Shown one piece after another: positions 11,894 to 22,774 of a DNA stretch of 64,000 bases. A program made the translations under genes and the position numbers. Positions within the stretch are counted from its first letter, which is position 1. Each line of letters opens with the position of its first letter. The notes under the pieces were generated by a model. It was not told the origin of the DNA, did not search any database, and saw only the letters and a list, made by a program, of their open reading frames with translations. Source of the DNA: Blastocatellia bacterium (lineage in GTDB: Bacteria > Acidobacteriota > Blastocatellia > UBA7656); the NCBI GenBank assembly GCA_963765495.1, contig CAVXWP010000016.1, positions 192,001-256,000 of the forward strand, in the 5' to 3' direction.

Positions 11894-13273
11894 CGTATAC
11901 TCCACACGGCTGACAGGCGCTGTTGCATCAGGGGCGTTCTGTTGTTCCATGTGGGGCTTATAGTAGTAATAGTAATAAAAGAAAAAGGCGGCTCCGGCCA
12001 GAAGCAGCAACGATATAAAGGCTATAACGAAGATCGCCGTGTAATTCCTCCTTTTGGGCAACAACGGTTTTGAAACCGTTACCGGACGTTGGGCTTCCGT
12101 TTGCGGTGGGGCCTGCTGCACGGGTACGGGCTGAGTGGGGATGGATTCCTGATCCACAGTTGCCGGGGAGCCTGCGATTGCCGTCGAAGAGAGGAGCGCG
12201 GTTTCCGGCGAACTGCCTGAGGTTTCCGTAGCCAGTTCCCGCGTGCTCCGGTCTTGCGAGTCTGCCTCCGGGGATTCAACAGGCGATTGAGATTTTAATG
12301 CCTGCATCACCATCGTTGTGGGCGGGGCTGCTGATTCGGAAGGCTTGGGCGGCTCGTAATGGGCGGCAAGCCCGGAAGCTTTTTCGCTCAGATAATCTTC
12401 ACTTATGGCCATGAAGCTTCCGGTGATCGAGTTGGTGTCGGTGGCCGTGTGCAGCGCTTCCCCGTCGAATCGGGCTACGATGACCGTTATGTTGTCTTCG
12501 CCGCCCCGTTCGTTGGCAATCTCTACGAGTCGGCGGCAGGCGATGGTCAGACTGTCGGATTTTTCGACTATCTCGCGCATCTCGGGGGCTTTGATCTTGT
12601 TCGACAGCCCGTCGCTACAAACCAAAAGCGAGTCGTTGCGAAAGAGTTTGACGCCCGTGAGCGCGACCTTGACGGTCGGCTGAGTTCCGAGCGCCTGCAT
12701 TATGACATTCTGAGGCACGGAGCCGATCTGATCGGGCTGTATGGCTCCCGAATCGACGAGCATCTGGGCGAGAGACTGATCCTTGGTGAGTTGTTTGATC
12801 TGTGAGCCTCTCACCAGATAAGCGCGGGAATCACCTACCTGCGCGATATATGCGACCGTGTCGTGCGCAAGCACCGCCGTAAGAGTTGCGCCCATTCCAG
12901 AGAGTTCCGGGTTTTGCTGCGCGTGGTTCCATATGCGCTCGTTGGCGATCTCGGTCGCCATTCTGAGGCTGTCGGAGATGTTCAAATCGAGAGGCATCTC
13001 CATCAGAGAGTCTCGAATGGTCGTCACCGCAAGTTCTGAGGCTATCTCACCGGCGACAGCTCCGCCCATGCCGTCGGAAACAACCATGAGGCTTCCTCGT
13101 TCGCCTATGCGATGTTTGCTCATATCGGGTCCAAGCCCAACGTTGCCTGTAGTCAGGTCGGCGACCAGAAAGGCATCTTCGTTTCCGCTGCGTTGCATCC
13201 CTATATCTGTTCGAGCAAATACATGGAGTTGTATGTCATTCATCGGCGGTCTTAAAGATGTAGCCACGTACAT
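11876..13273 (-). CDS. PP2C (Stp1/PrpC-like) Ser/Thr phosphatase with C-terminal TM helix
   Basis: RSGNED, SDGMGG, VGDSRAY, CSDGL, GGEDNIT; Pro/Ser-rich linker then hydrophobic helix; start approximate. Confidence 0.92.
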   Translation of the reverse strand: MYVATSLRPPMNDIQLHVFARTDIGMQRSGNEDAFLVADLTTGNVGLGPDMSKHRIGERGSLMVVSDGMGGAVAGEIASELAVTTIRDSLMEMPLDLNISDSLRMATEIANERIWNHAQQNPELSGMGATLTAVLAHDTVAYIAQVGDSRAYLVRGSQIKQLTKDQSLAQMLVDSGAIQPDQIGSVPQNVIMQALGTQPTVKVALTGVKLFRNDSLLVCSDGLSNKIKAPEMREIVEKSDSLTIACRRLVEIANERGGEDNITVIVARFDGEALHTATDTNSITGSFMAISEDYLSEKASGLAAHYEPPKPSESAAPPTTMVMQALKSQSPVESPEADSQDRSTRELATETSGSSPETALLSSTAIAGSPATVDQESIPTQPVPVQQAPPQTEAQRPVTVSKPLLPKRRNYTAIFVIAFISLLLLAGAAFFFYYYYYYKPHMEQQNAPDATAPVSRVEYTIRDKG

Positions 13274-13301
13274 CCCCTCCAAAGTTTCAGTAGCAATGCG
13301 C

Positions 13302-14399
13302 CTAAACCTCAAAACGAAATAGCTGTTTGCCAATAAGGATCATATCCCCGGGCTTTAGTTCTACCTCGCCTTTGATCCGAATAAAGGAGCCGTTGCGGCT
13401 GCCTTCATCTGTAAGTATAAATGAGGAGCCGCGCTGCACGATGCGAGCGTGTCGGCCCGACATGAAGCCGTCGTGCGGGAAAGAGATATCGCCAGCGGTC
13501 CGGCCTATCACCGTATCGTCTTTCAGTTCATATATCTCTCCCTGCTGGCCTCCCTCCATTATAAGATGAAGTCGGCCCTTTGGCTGCGCGGCAACCGAAG
13601 ACATTACTATAGTTTTGGCCACAGTCATAGGCGAACCGCAGGCGGCGCAAAATGAACTGCCGGGGTTGTTCTGATGACTGCACTGCGGACAGGGCACGGT
13701 CCCCTTGGCCGGAGGTGGCACGGATTGGCCTATCACGGTTTCCATGCCTCTTCCGGGCGGCTTATCGGCAGGCGGTTGAGAAGCGATAGTAGCACGCCCC
13801 TGTGTAATCTCATCATCCCTGACAGGCGTGCGTTCTACGACTGTGGGCTTCCCCGGCGGAAATCTCGGATCGGATACGGGTATTTGATTTGGAACCGTTG
13901 TCTTCCCGTGTTGGTACGGATCGTTTGCGGGCGGGCGCTGCGCGGGCGGCGACACCGGAGTGTTAGCCCTCTCTTCCATCGGCTGATTTGGTCTCAGTTG
14001 CGGCTGGTCCATAACCGTCGCCTGCCCCGGTTGAAATCTGGGATCATTTATAGGAGTTTGAGCGATGACGGTTCTCTGTTCCTCTTGAGCGCGCTGCTGT
14101 CCTGGGGGCGGAGAGATCGGAGCCGATTGCTGAAGCTTGCTCCCGCACTGCTGACAGAAGGCCCATCCCATTTCATTCATGGTCTGGCAGGTCGGGCACT
14201 GAATTCCCTGCGAATTTGACGAACCCGATTCGGATTGCCCGGAATTCTGTCCCGAGAAGACCACCGTAGGCGGCAGCGAGTCGGCTCTTTCCGGGCGCGG
14301 GCCGCCCGGCATGCTGGCCGCGCCCAGAGGGGTCGCGCACATGCGGCAGACCATAGCGGTCGGTTTGTTCTCAGCACCACACTTAGGACAGGTAATCAT
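13302..14399 (-). CDS. Zinc-ribbon + FHA domain protein
   Basis: Three CxxC..CxxC ribbons, Pro/Gln-rich linkers, C-terminal IGR..SGRHA..SRNG FHA motifs; upstream of PP2C. Confidence 0.9.
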   Translation of the reverse strand: MITCPKCGAENKPTAMVCRMCATPLGAASMPGGPRPERADSLPPTVVFSGQNSGQSESGSSNSQGIQCPTCQTMNEMGWAFCQQCGSKLQQSAPISPPPGQQRAQEEQRTVIAQTPINDPRFQPGQATVMDQPQLRPNQPMEERANTPVSPPAQRPPANDPYQHGKTTVPNQIPVSDPRFPPGKPTVVERTPVRDDEITQGRATIASQPPADKPPGRGMETVIGQSVPPPAKGTVPCPQCSHQNNPGSSFCAACGSPMTVAKTIVMSSVAAQPKGRLHLIMEGGQQGEIYELKDDTVIGRTAGDISFPHDGFMSGRHARIVQRGSSFILTDEGSRNGSFIRIKGEVELKPGDMILIGKQLFRFEV

Positions 14400-14931
14400 T
14401 TTATAAGCACTCCTTAGATCATTGCCAGCCTAGCCATTATACGAAAAGGCAAACTTTATGAAAACATGAAAGTCATAGCAAAGCCATAGCAATGATTCCA
14501 TCGTAATAATCCATTTTATAGAATATATGCTATTTATTAAAGACTCCCAGATGTTAGCCAAGAATACAACGAAGCCGTGGATGAAGCAAGCGTGATTCTG
14601 AAACTACCTCTCATATGAATCCGCATTTACAAAGGCACTCCTTAAAGGGCTGTGATCGGGCATAAACGGTCATACTCGTTTCGGCAATCGCTATTTCCCG
14701 ATTATCTGCGCCCCCATTCGGTTTAAGAGACCAGTAAAGTCAGGGGCATTCGATTTTCAGGCAGTTGTTTGCTTATTCGGCAGCCCCCCTTTCTTCTGCC
14801 AGAGCCGAATGGTCCGAGAGTTAATGAAGAATTAATGATGAAGAATTAGAATAGTGATATTGCCTCTTACGGCGGTGTCGGGGCAAACCAATTCCAGAAA
14901 AGATGCGGTATATGTACAAGGAGGAAAATGC

Positions 14932-16050
14932 ATGAGGCAAAGTACCCGTACTGAAAAACTCAAAGGCTTCTTCACAGGAACAACCTTACTCGTCTTCGGT
15001 TTTGCCCCGGTCGTCACCTGGCTACAAGGACCGGAGAATTCCAAGGATAAAGCCGGTATAAAGGCGTCTTCGAATATGTCCGCTCCCGCAGTCGCAACCG
15101 TCTCGGCAATAGTTGAAACGGCTCCGGTCCCACATCCTGAGGATGCAGCCGATGATCCTGCCATCTGGATCAATCCTCTGGACCCGTCCAGAAGCACTAT
15201 AATCGGAACCGATAAGCAGGGCGGGCTTGGCGTATACGATCTCGATGGAAAAGAGATTCAATATGTGCCTGCCGGACGAGTCGACAATGTCGATATTCGC
15301 TCAGGCTTTCCGCTCTCGGGGCAGGCGGTGGATGTCGTCACGGCAAGCAACCGCACCAACAATACCATAGCGATCTACAAGGTTAATCCTTCTACGCGTA
15401 TGCTCGAAGAAGCGGCTGCTCGCCCTATAGAAACAGTCCTGGCTTACGGCGCTTGCATGTATCGAAGCGCGAAGACAAACAAATACTATTACTTCGTCAC
15501 AAGCAAGACCGGAGTGGTCGAACAGTGGGAATTGTTTGATAACAATAAGGGGAAGATTGACGCCAGAAAAGCGCGCAGTTTCAAGGTCGGGGGCAAGATA
15601 GAAGGCTGTGTGGCAGACGACGAACTCGATTATTTCTATGTGTCTGAAGAAGTATTAGGCATATGGAAATACGGCGCGGAACCCGACGCGGGCGAAGATC
15701 GCGCTATCGTGGACAGAGCGGGAGGGGGAGGACCCCTTGTTGCCGATATAGAAGGGCTGGCAATCGCCTATGGCAAAAATGGAACCGGCTATCTGATCGC
15801 TTCAAGTCAGGGCGACAACTCTTTTGCGATCTATCGCCGCGAAGGCAAAAACGAGTTTGTCAAATCATTCAGAATCGTCGCGGGCAAACAGACGGATGGC
15901 GTTGAAGAGACCGACGGCATTGATGTGACTACATTAAATCTGGGGCCGCGTTTCCCCTCGGGTCTCTTCGTAGCTCAGGACGGGATCAATGATAACGGCA
16001 ACCAGAATTTCAAGCTCGTCCCCTGGAATACGATCATAGAAGACAGATAA
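14932..16050 (+). CDS. Beta-propeller 3-phytase
   Basis: [44 protein letters not shown]; GGAGG precedes ATG 14932. Confidence 0.92.
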   Translation: MRQSTRTEKLKGFFTGTTLLVFGFAPVVTWLQGPENSKDKAGIKASSNMSAPAVATVSAIVETAPVPHPEDAADDPAIWINPLDPSRSTIIGTDKQGGLGVYDLDGKEIQYVPAGRVDNVDIRSGFPLSGQAVDVVTASNRTNNTIAIYKVNPSTRMLEEAAARPIETVLAYGACMYRSAKTNKYYYFVTSKTGVVEQWELFDNNKGKIDARKARSFKVGGKIEGCVADDELDYFYVSEEVLGIWKYGAEPDAGEDRAIVDRAGGGGPLVADIEGLAIAYGKNGTGYLIASSQGDNSFAIYRREGKNEFVKSFRIVAGKQTDGVEETDGIDVTTLNLGPRFPSGLFVAQDGINDNGNQNFKLVPWNTIIEDR

Positions 16051-16105
16051 ATCTGACTCGCTTTAAGGCGCAGAGGACAAATCAAACGGAATACGAATCA
16101 AAGTA

Positions 16106-16141
16106 TAAGGCTCCGCTCCTAACTGTGGGAGCGGGGCCTTA
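16106..16141. terminator. Stem-loop between convergent genes
   Basis: taaggctccgctcc-N8-ggagcggggcctta. Confidence 0.6.
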
Positions 16142-16210
16142 TTACATGGGGCCTTATTACATGGGGCCTTGTTATATTGGCGCGCTTATATTGGCGCGAA
16201 AACTGGCGCG
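16133..16210. repeat. Degenerating 15-bp tandem repeat
   Basis: ggggccttattacat x2, ggggccttgttatat, then tggcgcg repeats. Confidence 0.7.
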
Positions 16211-16237
16211 CACCGATGAGCAATCAGAGCCGGTAGA

Positions 16238-17359
16238 TTATCTGGCCTGTTGACCGACCGAAGACTTCAACTCGTTGATCTTTTGAATTATGCGAGTCGA
16301 AAACCCGCTGATTTCATCCGGGGTTGCTCCGGCGGCCTTGAAGGCATCTCGTATCTGCTTATCAGAAAGCTGGCCGATTATCCCTGCAAACCATCTGGCA
16401 TGCTCGACCGGGACCGATTCCAGTGACGCAGACATCTTGCCCGAATAGTGCAGCTTTATTTTATTGCCCGAAACCCTGTCGATAAATGCCTGCTTGCTGA
16501 AATCTTTCAAATCCCATTTCGTATGAGAAAAGTATCCGCCCGATTTGCCGAGCGTGCCGCCCCAATCCGACACGATATACCAGTCCTTCACATTGTCGTC
16601 GTCGTCATACATTCCAAGAACATTGTTGTTGTCCGTCTTGGCGTCCCAGTTATTGAGAAGCACGATCAGGATTGCCAGCCCGGAAAGCTCCTTTGAACCG
16701 GCGAAAGGATTCCTGTCCCAAGACCACCTGACATTGCGCCGGGCTATCGAGTCGGGGCGCTTCTCAAACATCGCGTTTGTAAACGACCCGTCCGAGCCTA
16801 TAAACCTCTTTGCCCTGCCAAGCCCGGTCACCCCCGAAACCTTGCCGGAGGGAACAAAATAGCTCTCTTCAACCATATAGCCCGCGGCCCAGACGATACG
16901 GCTGGCGGCGACCTCGGCATTCACCTCTTCATCAAATTTCACATTCCATTTAACGCCGTCCGCATCAATCACTTTGATCTTCGGATTCGTCCCCGTAACA
17001 TCCTCTTTTTCAAAGGTAAAAGGAGGCTTGGGCGTAAGGTCCGGTCCGCCTATACCCCAGAAGAGGTCAAGCTGCGATATGTCGCCGCGATCCTCCCACA
17101 AAGCGGGAACGCCGTTTTCCGTAGGCGCTTCCGAATCTTCTCCCTTGTGCTTTTTCCCCTTTTTGCCTTTCTTGCCTTTCTTGCCTTTCTTATCCTTTTT
17201 CTGGATCGCTGTGAAGGCCGTCGCGCCGTTGGAATCGCCGGTCTTTATCCTCGACCTGCCTTCAACCGAAACGGGGGCGAACCCGACGGAGCCAATCATT
17301 AGGATCAAAGCAAGGATAGCCGACCCAAACCCTGAATTCTTGAATATGTTGATTCTCAT
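16238..17359 (-). CDS. Secreted hypothetical protein, possible atypical kinase-like fold
   Basis: Signal peptide, Lys-rich (KKG)n tract, GTNPK..WNVK, NNWDAKTDNN, SDWGG; AAGGAG precedes ATG 17359. Confidence 0.65.
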   Translation of the reverse strand: MRINIFKNSGFGSAILALILMIGSVGFAPVSVEGRSRIKTGDSNGATAFTAIQKKDKKGKKGKKGKKGKKHKGEDSEAPTENGVPALWEDRGDISQLDLFWGIGGPDLTPKPPFTFEKEDVTGTNPKIKVIDADGVKWNVKFDEEVNAEVAASRIVWAAGYMVEESYFVPSGKVSGVTGLGRAKRFIGSDGSFTNAMFEKRPDSIARRNVRWSWDRNPFAGSKELSGLAILIVLLNNWDAKTDNNNVLGMYDDDDNVKDWYIVSDWGGTLGKSGGYFSHTKWDLKDFSKQAFIDRVSGNKIKLHYSGKMSASLESVPVEHARWFAGIIGQLSDKQIRDAFKAAGATPDEISGFSTRIIQKINELKSSVGQQAR

Positions 17360-17613
17360 AAGTAACTCCTTCATTCCTTGTACGAAAGCCCAACCCTTAA
17401 GGGATTTGACCGAAAGGCGAATCAATTCTTGCGAGAGGCGGGATTCGCCGTTTCCTTACCCACTGCTCATCGCTTTTGATAGCGGATCGTTTAGCTGAGA
17501 CTAACCCGAGTGAGAGTCATTAAGAAATTTCAAACATGCCGAGTGGAAAAGATAAACCCACTTCTGCGGGGTGTCAAATACTTCTTCGATTTGGAGGCGG
17601 GCGGGTCGAAGGT

Positions 17614-18306
17614 TTATGACCCCCGGCTGATTCGGCCGTGGCCGTTGGTCTTCGCGCGTTCCTGTATACGCAATCGTTCGTCGTATTCGGCGAGCGCCGT
17701 TGTGACATAGCTCCTGAGTCTGGTGAGCCGCAATCTTGTAGAGGTCATTTCAAGCAATCGCTGTTTACGGTCGTTATCAATCGGCAGGGCCGAAGAGACG
17801 AGCAGCGAAAAGGCTTCGGGGTCGTCCGGCAGTTCCTGTGTGATGGGAGCGCCCAGTTCATTCAAAGTCTGAGCCGCGGCCAGAAATTTTTTACACGTCT
17901 CGGTCAGGTCTTCAAACAAGCGGTCGCTTGCGTCGTCAGGTTCCAGATCATCTATAAACGGCTCGACCTTTGCTATCAGGAAAGGCTCCACCTGATCAAA
18001 CTTGAGCAGGCGGTATCTGATTTCGCCAATCGAAACCAGATTCATCCGGCCTTCTTCTACGGGCACTAAGGCTTCGATCCTGGCTATCGTTCCTATGCTT
18101 CCTATATCGGGCGGGGTTTCGGCACCTACGTCGGCGTCCTTGCGATAGGAGAGTCCGAATCTCGCGCCGTTTTCCATCGCATAGCGCACCATCGCCTTAT
18201 AGCGTTCCTCGAATATGTGAAGCGGCAGGATTGCGCCGGGAAACAGCACGGTTGAAAGCGGAAATACGGCTATCGGTTCCGGCTCATTTATAGAATCTAA
18301 TTCCAT
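17614..18306 (-). CDS. LON peptidase substrate-binding domain protein
   Basis: VFPLSTVLFPGAILPLHIFEERY, RKQRLLE. Confidence 0.88.
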   Translation of the reverse strand: MELDSINEPEPIAVFPLSTVLFPGAILPLHIFEERYKAMVRYAMENGARFGLSYRKDADVGAETPPDIGSIGTIARIEALVPVEEGRMNLVSIGEIRYRLLKFDQVEPFLIAKVEPFIDDLEPDDASDRLFEDLTETCKKFLAAAQTLNELGAPITQELPDDPEAFSLLVSSALPIDNDRKQRLLEMTSTRLRLTRLRSYVTTALAEYDERLRIQERAKTNGHGRISRGS

Positions 18307-18426
18307 GACACAAATTATAGCATCCAATATGTGCGCCGCTAAGATGAAGTCGTTATGAAAGCGGTCGCCGCCGCCCCCTCTTCGCCCGAAAGCCTCTTTC
18401 GTAAAGAAGAAACCTGACCGGAACGG

Positions 18427-19689
18427 ATGAGCATTCACGTCTGGACGCAGGCAGTTATGCTCGGCTATAGTGATTTGACAGATCTGCATCGAAAGCTGAG
18501 GCATCCGTTGGCTCAGAGACGGCAAATATCGCTAGTTTTTCGCGATTCTCAGGCGAATAATTCTGACGATCAGAACTCGGCAGGATACAGCCACCTGTCG
18601 GAATCAAAATCGAAGACCCCGGCGAAAATCTCAGACGCCCTTAACTTGAAGGGCGTGCTTGTCTTTGTAATATGTATTCTGTTAAGCGGTTGCCGTTCGC
18701 CGGTAACAAACGCCGGGCAATCCATCGAATTCACAAGGGTTCCCGAGGCTTCCGAAGGCGGTTCGGATAAACTCGAAACCATTGAGGGCCGCGCTCTCGG
18801 CGCGCGCGCCGGACAGAAGATCGTTCTGTTTGCAAGGAGCGGCGTATGGTGGGTGCAGCCCTTCGCTGACCAGCCCTTCACAACCATTCAACCGGATTCG
18901 ACATGGAAAAGCCCGACACACCTTGGAACAGAGTACGCCGCCCTGCTTGTCGAATCGGGATACCAACCACAGCCAACTATGGATTCGCTGCCGACAGAAG
19001 GCGGTTCGGTCGTCGCCGTAGCAGTTGCGAAAGGCGAAGATCCTCCGCCCTCAAAGACGCTTCACTTCAGCGGGTATGAATGGAGGGTCCGCAGCACCGC
19101 AAGCGAGCGCGGCGGCAAGCTCAATACCTATGACCCTGCCAACGCCTGGATCGATGCAAACGGGTTTCTGCATCTTCGGGTAACTCAACGCTCCGGCCAG
19201 TGGACCTGCGCGGAAGTGCAGCTCACGCGCAGTCTCGGATATGGAACATATCTGTTTAAAGTGCGTGACACATCTCATCTTGAGCCCGCCGCGGTTCTTG
19301 GGCTGTTTACGTGGGATGGATCGGTGGCAGATCAGAATCACCGCGAAATAGACATTGAGATCACCCGCTGGGGAGACCCCGCAAGCAAAAACGCGCAGTA
19401 TGTGATCCAGCCTTATTATGTGCCTGCCAATGTTGACCGCTTTATGATACCGGCCGGGACATTTACCCATTCATTTCATTGGGAGCCGGGGCGGGTGGCA
19501 TTCAAAACCGTTCCTGCCAACTCGGACGATGCCGGATCACGCCCCATTTCCCGGCATGACTTTACCTCCGGGGTTCCTTCCCCGGGTGGCGAATCGATTC
19601 ATATCAATCTGTATGCCTTCGACAACCCAAAAAATCCTCTGCAAAATGATGCGGAGGTCGTCATTGAAAAATTCGAATACCTGCCCTGA
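18427..19689 (+). CDS. Lipoprotein with C-terminal GH16-like domain
   Basis: Lipobox LLSGC (true start probably near 18646), LGYGTY, EIDIE (ExDxE) motif. Confidence 0.7.
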   Translation: MSIHVWTQAVMLGYSDLTDLHRKLRHPLAQRRQISLVFRDSQANNSDDQNSAGYSHLSESKSKTPAKISDALNLKGVLVFVICILLSGCRSPVTNAGQSIEFTRVPEASEGGSDKLETIEGRALGARAGQKIVLFARSGVWWVQPFADQPFTTIQPDSTWKSPTHLGTEYAALLVESGYQPQPTMDSLPTEGGSVVAVAVAKGEDPPPSKTLHFSGYEWRVRSTASERGGKLNTYDPANAWIDANGFLHLRVTQRSGQWTCAEVQLTRSLGYGTYLFKVRDTSHLEPAAVLGLFTWDGSVADQNHREIDIEITRWGDPASKNAQYVIQPYYVPANVDRFMIPAGTFTHSFHWEPGRVAFKTVPANSDDAGSRPISRHDFTSGVPSPGGESIHINLYAFDNPKNPLQNDAEVVIEKFEYLP

Positions 19690-22600
19690 CCCGCGGGTTA
19701 AACACAAACAGGTTAGCCATCGCCTGAGACTCGGATTGCTGATAGGGTTTCTGGCGGTCCTGGCCTGCTGCGTCAACCGGGGCTATGCGATTGATCCAAA
19801 CAGAATGATGTCGCAGTACATACGCGATCAGTGGGGAACCGAAAAAGGATTTCCAGGCGGACTGGTTTACGCCATCACTCAGACGCCGGACGGCTATCTG
19901 TGGGTCGGAGCAGAGAAAGGGCTCGTTCGTTTCGACGGATTGAATTTCCATCTTTTCCAGCACGCGAATACGCCATCCCTGCCCGCAGGTCCCGTTCTCG
20001 GTCTGACGGCCGATGATGAGGGGAATCTGTGGATACGGATGCGAAGCCCGAATCTGCTGCGGTATCGCGACGGTAAATTTGTAGATATCCTGCCCGAACT
20101 CGAGCGACCGGAAGTCCACATCACAGCCATGTGCAAAGGGAAAGACGGGGAGATTCTGATTTCGGGACTCGTAAACGGCCCCCTCAGATACAGCGAAGGA
20201 AGGTTTGTAAAACTCGCATCCCTGGCCGGGCTGCCAAACTTTCTGGTCATCTCGATGGCGGAAACACCCGACGGCGACATATGGATGGGGACGCGCGATG
20301 CCGGTCTGTTTCGTCTGAGCGGGGGAACGGTTTCCGCGATTACAAAGGGGTTGCCTGACCGCAAGATCAACTCTCTTCTGCCGGATGGCGATAGAGATCT
20401 GTGGGTCGGCACGGACAACGGGATAGTGCAGGCGCGCTGGAACGGAACCGAGATGACAGGGTCGGGTGTGTCGGCGTCTCTCGATAATACTCAGGCTCTT
20501 GCTATGATCAGGGATCGCGAATCGAATATCTGGATCGGCACGGCCTCGCGAGGGCTTTTGCGGCTCAACACGAGCGGCATAAATTCACTCGAAGAGCACG
20601 GCAGGGCGGTGACCGCATTGTTTGAAGATCGGGAAGGAAATATCTGGGTAGGGAGCGCACAGGGAATCGAGCGATTGCGTGACAGCGTGTTTACGACATA
20701 TTTGCCTTCCGACGGCCTGCCCTCGGAAAGCAGCGGTCCCGTCTACGCCGACTCGGAAGGCCGCACATGGTTTGCTCCTTCAAGCGGTGGGCTCTACTGG
20801 ATAAAAGGGAACCGGATCGGGCGAGTAAGCGACGCGGGGCTGGATAAAGATGTGGTTTATTCGATAGCGGGCGGCAAAGGCGAATTGTGGGTCGGCAGGC
20901 AACGCGGCGGGCTGACCTGTCTGCGACCTGACGGGGAATCGTTCACGACCGAAACTTACACGCAGGCGGAAGGACTCGCTCAAAACAGCGTTTACGCGGT
21001 TCAGAAAAATCGTGACGGAACGGTGTGGGCCGGGACTCTTAGCGGTGGCGTGAGCCGATTTAAAGACGGCAAATTCACAACCTACACAAACGCGCAGGGA
21101 CTCGCCTCAAACACTGTCGCTTCGATTGTGGAAGCAAGCGACGGAACTATGTGGTTCGCAACGCCAAACGGGTTGAGCGCGATGTCGAATGATCGCTGGC
21201 AGGTCTATACGACCCGGGACCGCCTGCCTTCGGAAAACGTAAACTGCCTCCTTGAAGACTCAGCCGGCGTTCTATGGATAGGGACCGACGACGGCCTCGC
21301 CTTCCTCAGTTCAGGCCGTATCCAGCCCCTTTCCGAAGTCCCTGCCCTATTGCACGAACACATTCTGGGGGTTGCCGAAGACAGAAACGGATCGCTGTGG
21401 ATAGCGACTTCAAATCATGTGTTACGCGTAGACCGTGACAGGCTGCTCGGCGGACGGCTGGGCGACGAAGATATACACGAGTACGGGATTGCAGACGGTC
21501 TGGCCGGTATCGAAGGCGTAAAGCGGGACCGTACCGTCATAGCCGACCCGCTCGGGAGTATATGGTTTTCCATGAATCGCGGTCTTTCGGTAGTCAATCC
21601 GGCGCGGGCGATGACCAATTCAGCCCCGGCGAGAGTTGACGTTCAGGCGATTTCAGCCGACGGAGACCCTGTTGAGATGCAAGACCCCGTTCACATTCCG
21701 GCCGCTCGTCAGAGAATCACCTTCAGCTTTGTGGGTCTGAGCCTTTCGATTCCCGAACGGATCCGATTCCGTTATACGCTCGATGGATTCGATCACGGCT
21801 GGAGCGCGCCGGTCGCAACGCGCGAAGCCGTCTACACAAATCTCAGCCCGGGTTCGTATCGCTTCCGCGTGATGGCCTGTAACAGCAACGGTCTCTGGAA
21901 CGGGCCTGAAACCGTGATCGGGTTTGAAATAGAGCCGTTGTTCTGGCAGACCTGGTGGTTTCGGCTCGCGGGTGTAGCGGCTGCGGTGCTTGCGGCGCTG
22001 GCCTGGTATCAATTGCGCATGCGCCAGCTGGCCAGACAGCTTAATCTCCGCTTTGAAGAACGGCTCGCGGAGCGAACGCGCATCGCGCAGGAGCTTCACG
22101 ATACGCTGTTGCAGGGTTTTATCAGCGCAAATATGCAGCTTCACGTAGCGGCCGATCACCTGCCCGAGGATTCAAAAGCAAAGCCTATGCTCGGACGTGT
22201 TCTGCAATTGATGGGGCACGTAATAGAAGATGGCAGAAACGCGGTTCGCGGTCTGCGCTCATCTGAGAGCAACACCTGCGATCTGGAACAGGCATTTTCC
22301 CGAATCCAGCAGGAACTGGCCATCCACGAGCAGATGGGGTTTCGCGTAATCGTCGAGGGCCGCTCCCGGTCGCTTCACCCGATCATCCGCGATGAAGTCT
22401 ATCGCATAGGGCGCGAGGCACTGGTAAATGCGTTCCGCCACTCGCGGGCAAAGAGCATCGAAGTCGAACTGGAATATGCGGCCAACCACCTGCGCCTTCT
22501 CGTCCGAGATGACGGCTGCGGGATTGACCAGCAGGTGCTGCGGTCAGGACGAGATGGGCATTGGGGGCTTTCAGGAATGCGCGAACGGGCCGAAGGGATC

Positions 22601-22774
22601 GGCGCCAGGCTCAGTGTCTGGAGCCGCGCCTCGGCCGGGACGGAGGTCGAACTCTCCGTCCCCGGACATATAGCCTTTCAGTTTCAGCCTCCCGCGCAAT
22701 CATCAGGATGGTTTGCCAGATTGTATACACGAAAAGCCGGGCTTCGGAAGCTCGGAAGAGAGAACGATAAATGA
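19529..22774 (+). CDS. Sensor histidine kinase (Reg_prop propellers, Y_Y_Y, HisKA_3, HATPase)
   Basis: Repeated D..G.LW.GT..GL units, YTNLSPGSYRFRV, TM, ERTRIAQELHD, DDGCG, GLSGMRER; true start probably 19646-19736. Confidence 0.92.
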   Translation: MPDHAPFPGMTLPPGFLPRVANRFISICMPSTTQKILCKMMRRSSLKNSNTCPDPRVKHKQVSHRLRLGLLIGFLAVLACCVNRGYAIDPNRMMSQYIRDQWGTEKGFPGGLVYAITQTPDGYLWVGAEKGLVRFDGLNFHLFQHANTPSLPAGPVLGLTADDEGNLWIRMRSPNLLRYRDGKFVDILPELERPEVHITAMCKGKDGEILISGLVNGPLRYSEGRFVKLASLAGLPNFLVISMAETPDGDIWMGTRDAGLFRLSGGTVSAITKGLPDRKINSLLPDGDRDLWVGTDNGIVQARWNGTEMTGSGVSASLDNTQALAMIRDRESNIWIGTASRGLLRLNTSGINSLEEHGRAVTALFEDREGNIWVGSAQGIERLRDSVFTTYLPSDGLPSESSGPVYADSEGRTWFAPSSGGLYWIKGNRIGRVSDAGLDKDVVYSIAGGKGELWVGRQRGGLTCLRPDGESFTTETYTQAEGLAQNSVYAVQKNRDGTVWAGTLSGGVSRFKDGKFTTYTNAQGLASNTVASIVEASDGTMWFATPNGLSAMSNDRWQVYTTRDRLPSENVNCLLEDSAGVLWIGTDDGLAFLSSGRIQPLSEVPALLHEHILGVAEDRNGSLWIATSNHVLRVDRDRLLGGRLGDEDIHEYGIADGLAGIEGVKRDRTVIADPLGSIWFSMNRGLSVVNPARAMTNSAPARVDVQAISADGDPVEMQDPVHIPAARQRITFSFVGLSLSIPERIRFRYTLDGFDHGWSAPVATREAVYTNLSPGSYRFRVMACNSNGLWNGPETVIGFEIEPLFWQTWWFRLAGVAAAVLAALAWYQLRMRQLARQLNLRFEERLAERTRIAQELHDTLLQGFISANMQLHVAADHLPEDSKAKPMLGRVLQLMGHVIEDGRNAVRGLRSSESNTCDLEQAFSRIQQELAIHEQMGFRVIVEGRSRSLHPIIRDEVYRIGREALVNAFRHSRAKSIEVELEYAANHLRLLVRDDGCGIDQQVLRSGRDGHWGLSGMRERAEGIGARLSVWSRASAGTEVELSVPGHIAFQFQPPAQSSGWFARLYTRKAGLRKLGRENDK

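Noticed and set aside
14444-14495. c-di-GMP-I riboswitch-like GGCAAAC..GAAA..GCAAAGCC
   Set aside because: Lacks GAC before GCAAA and a convincing second stem, and lies far from the next + strand start.
16133-16210. CRISPR array here or at 59413, 63471 or the heptamer repeats
   Set aside because: Units are 7-15 bp with no unique spacers and no cas genes.
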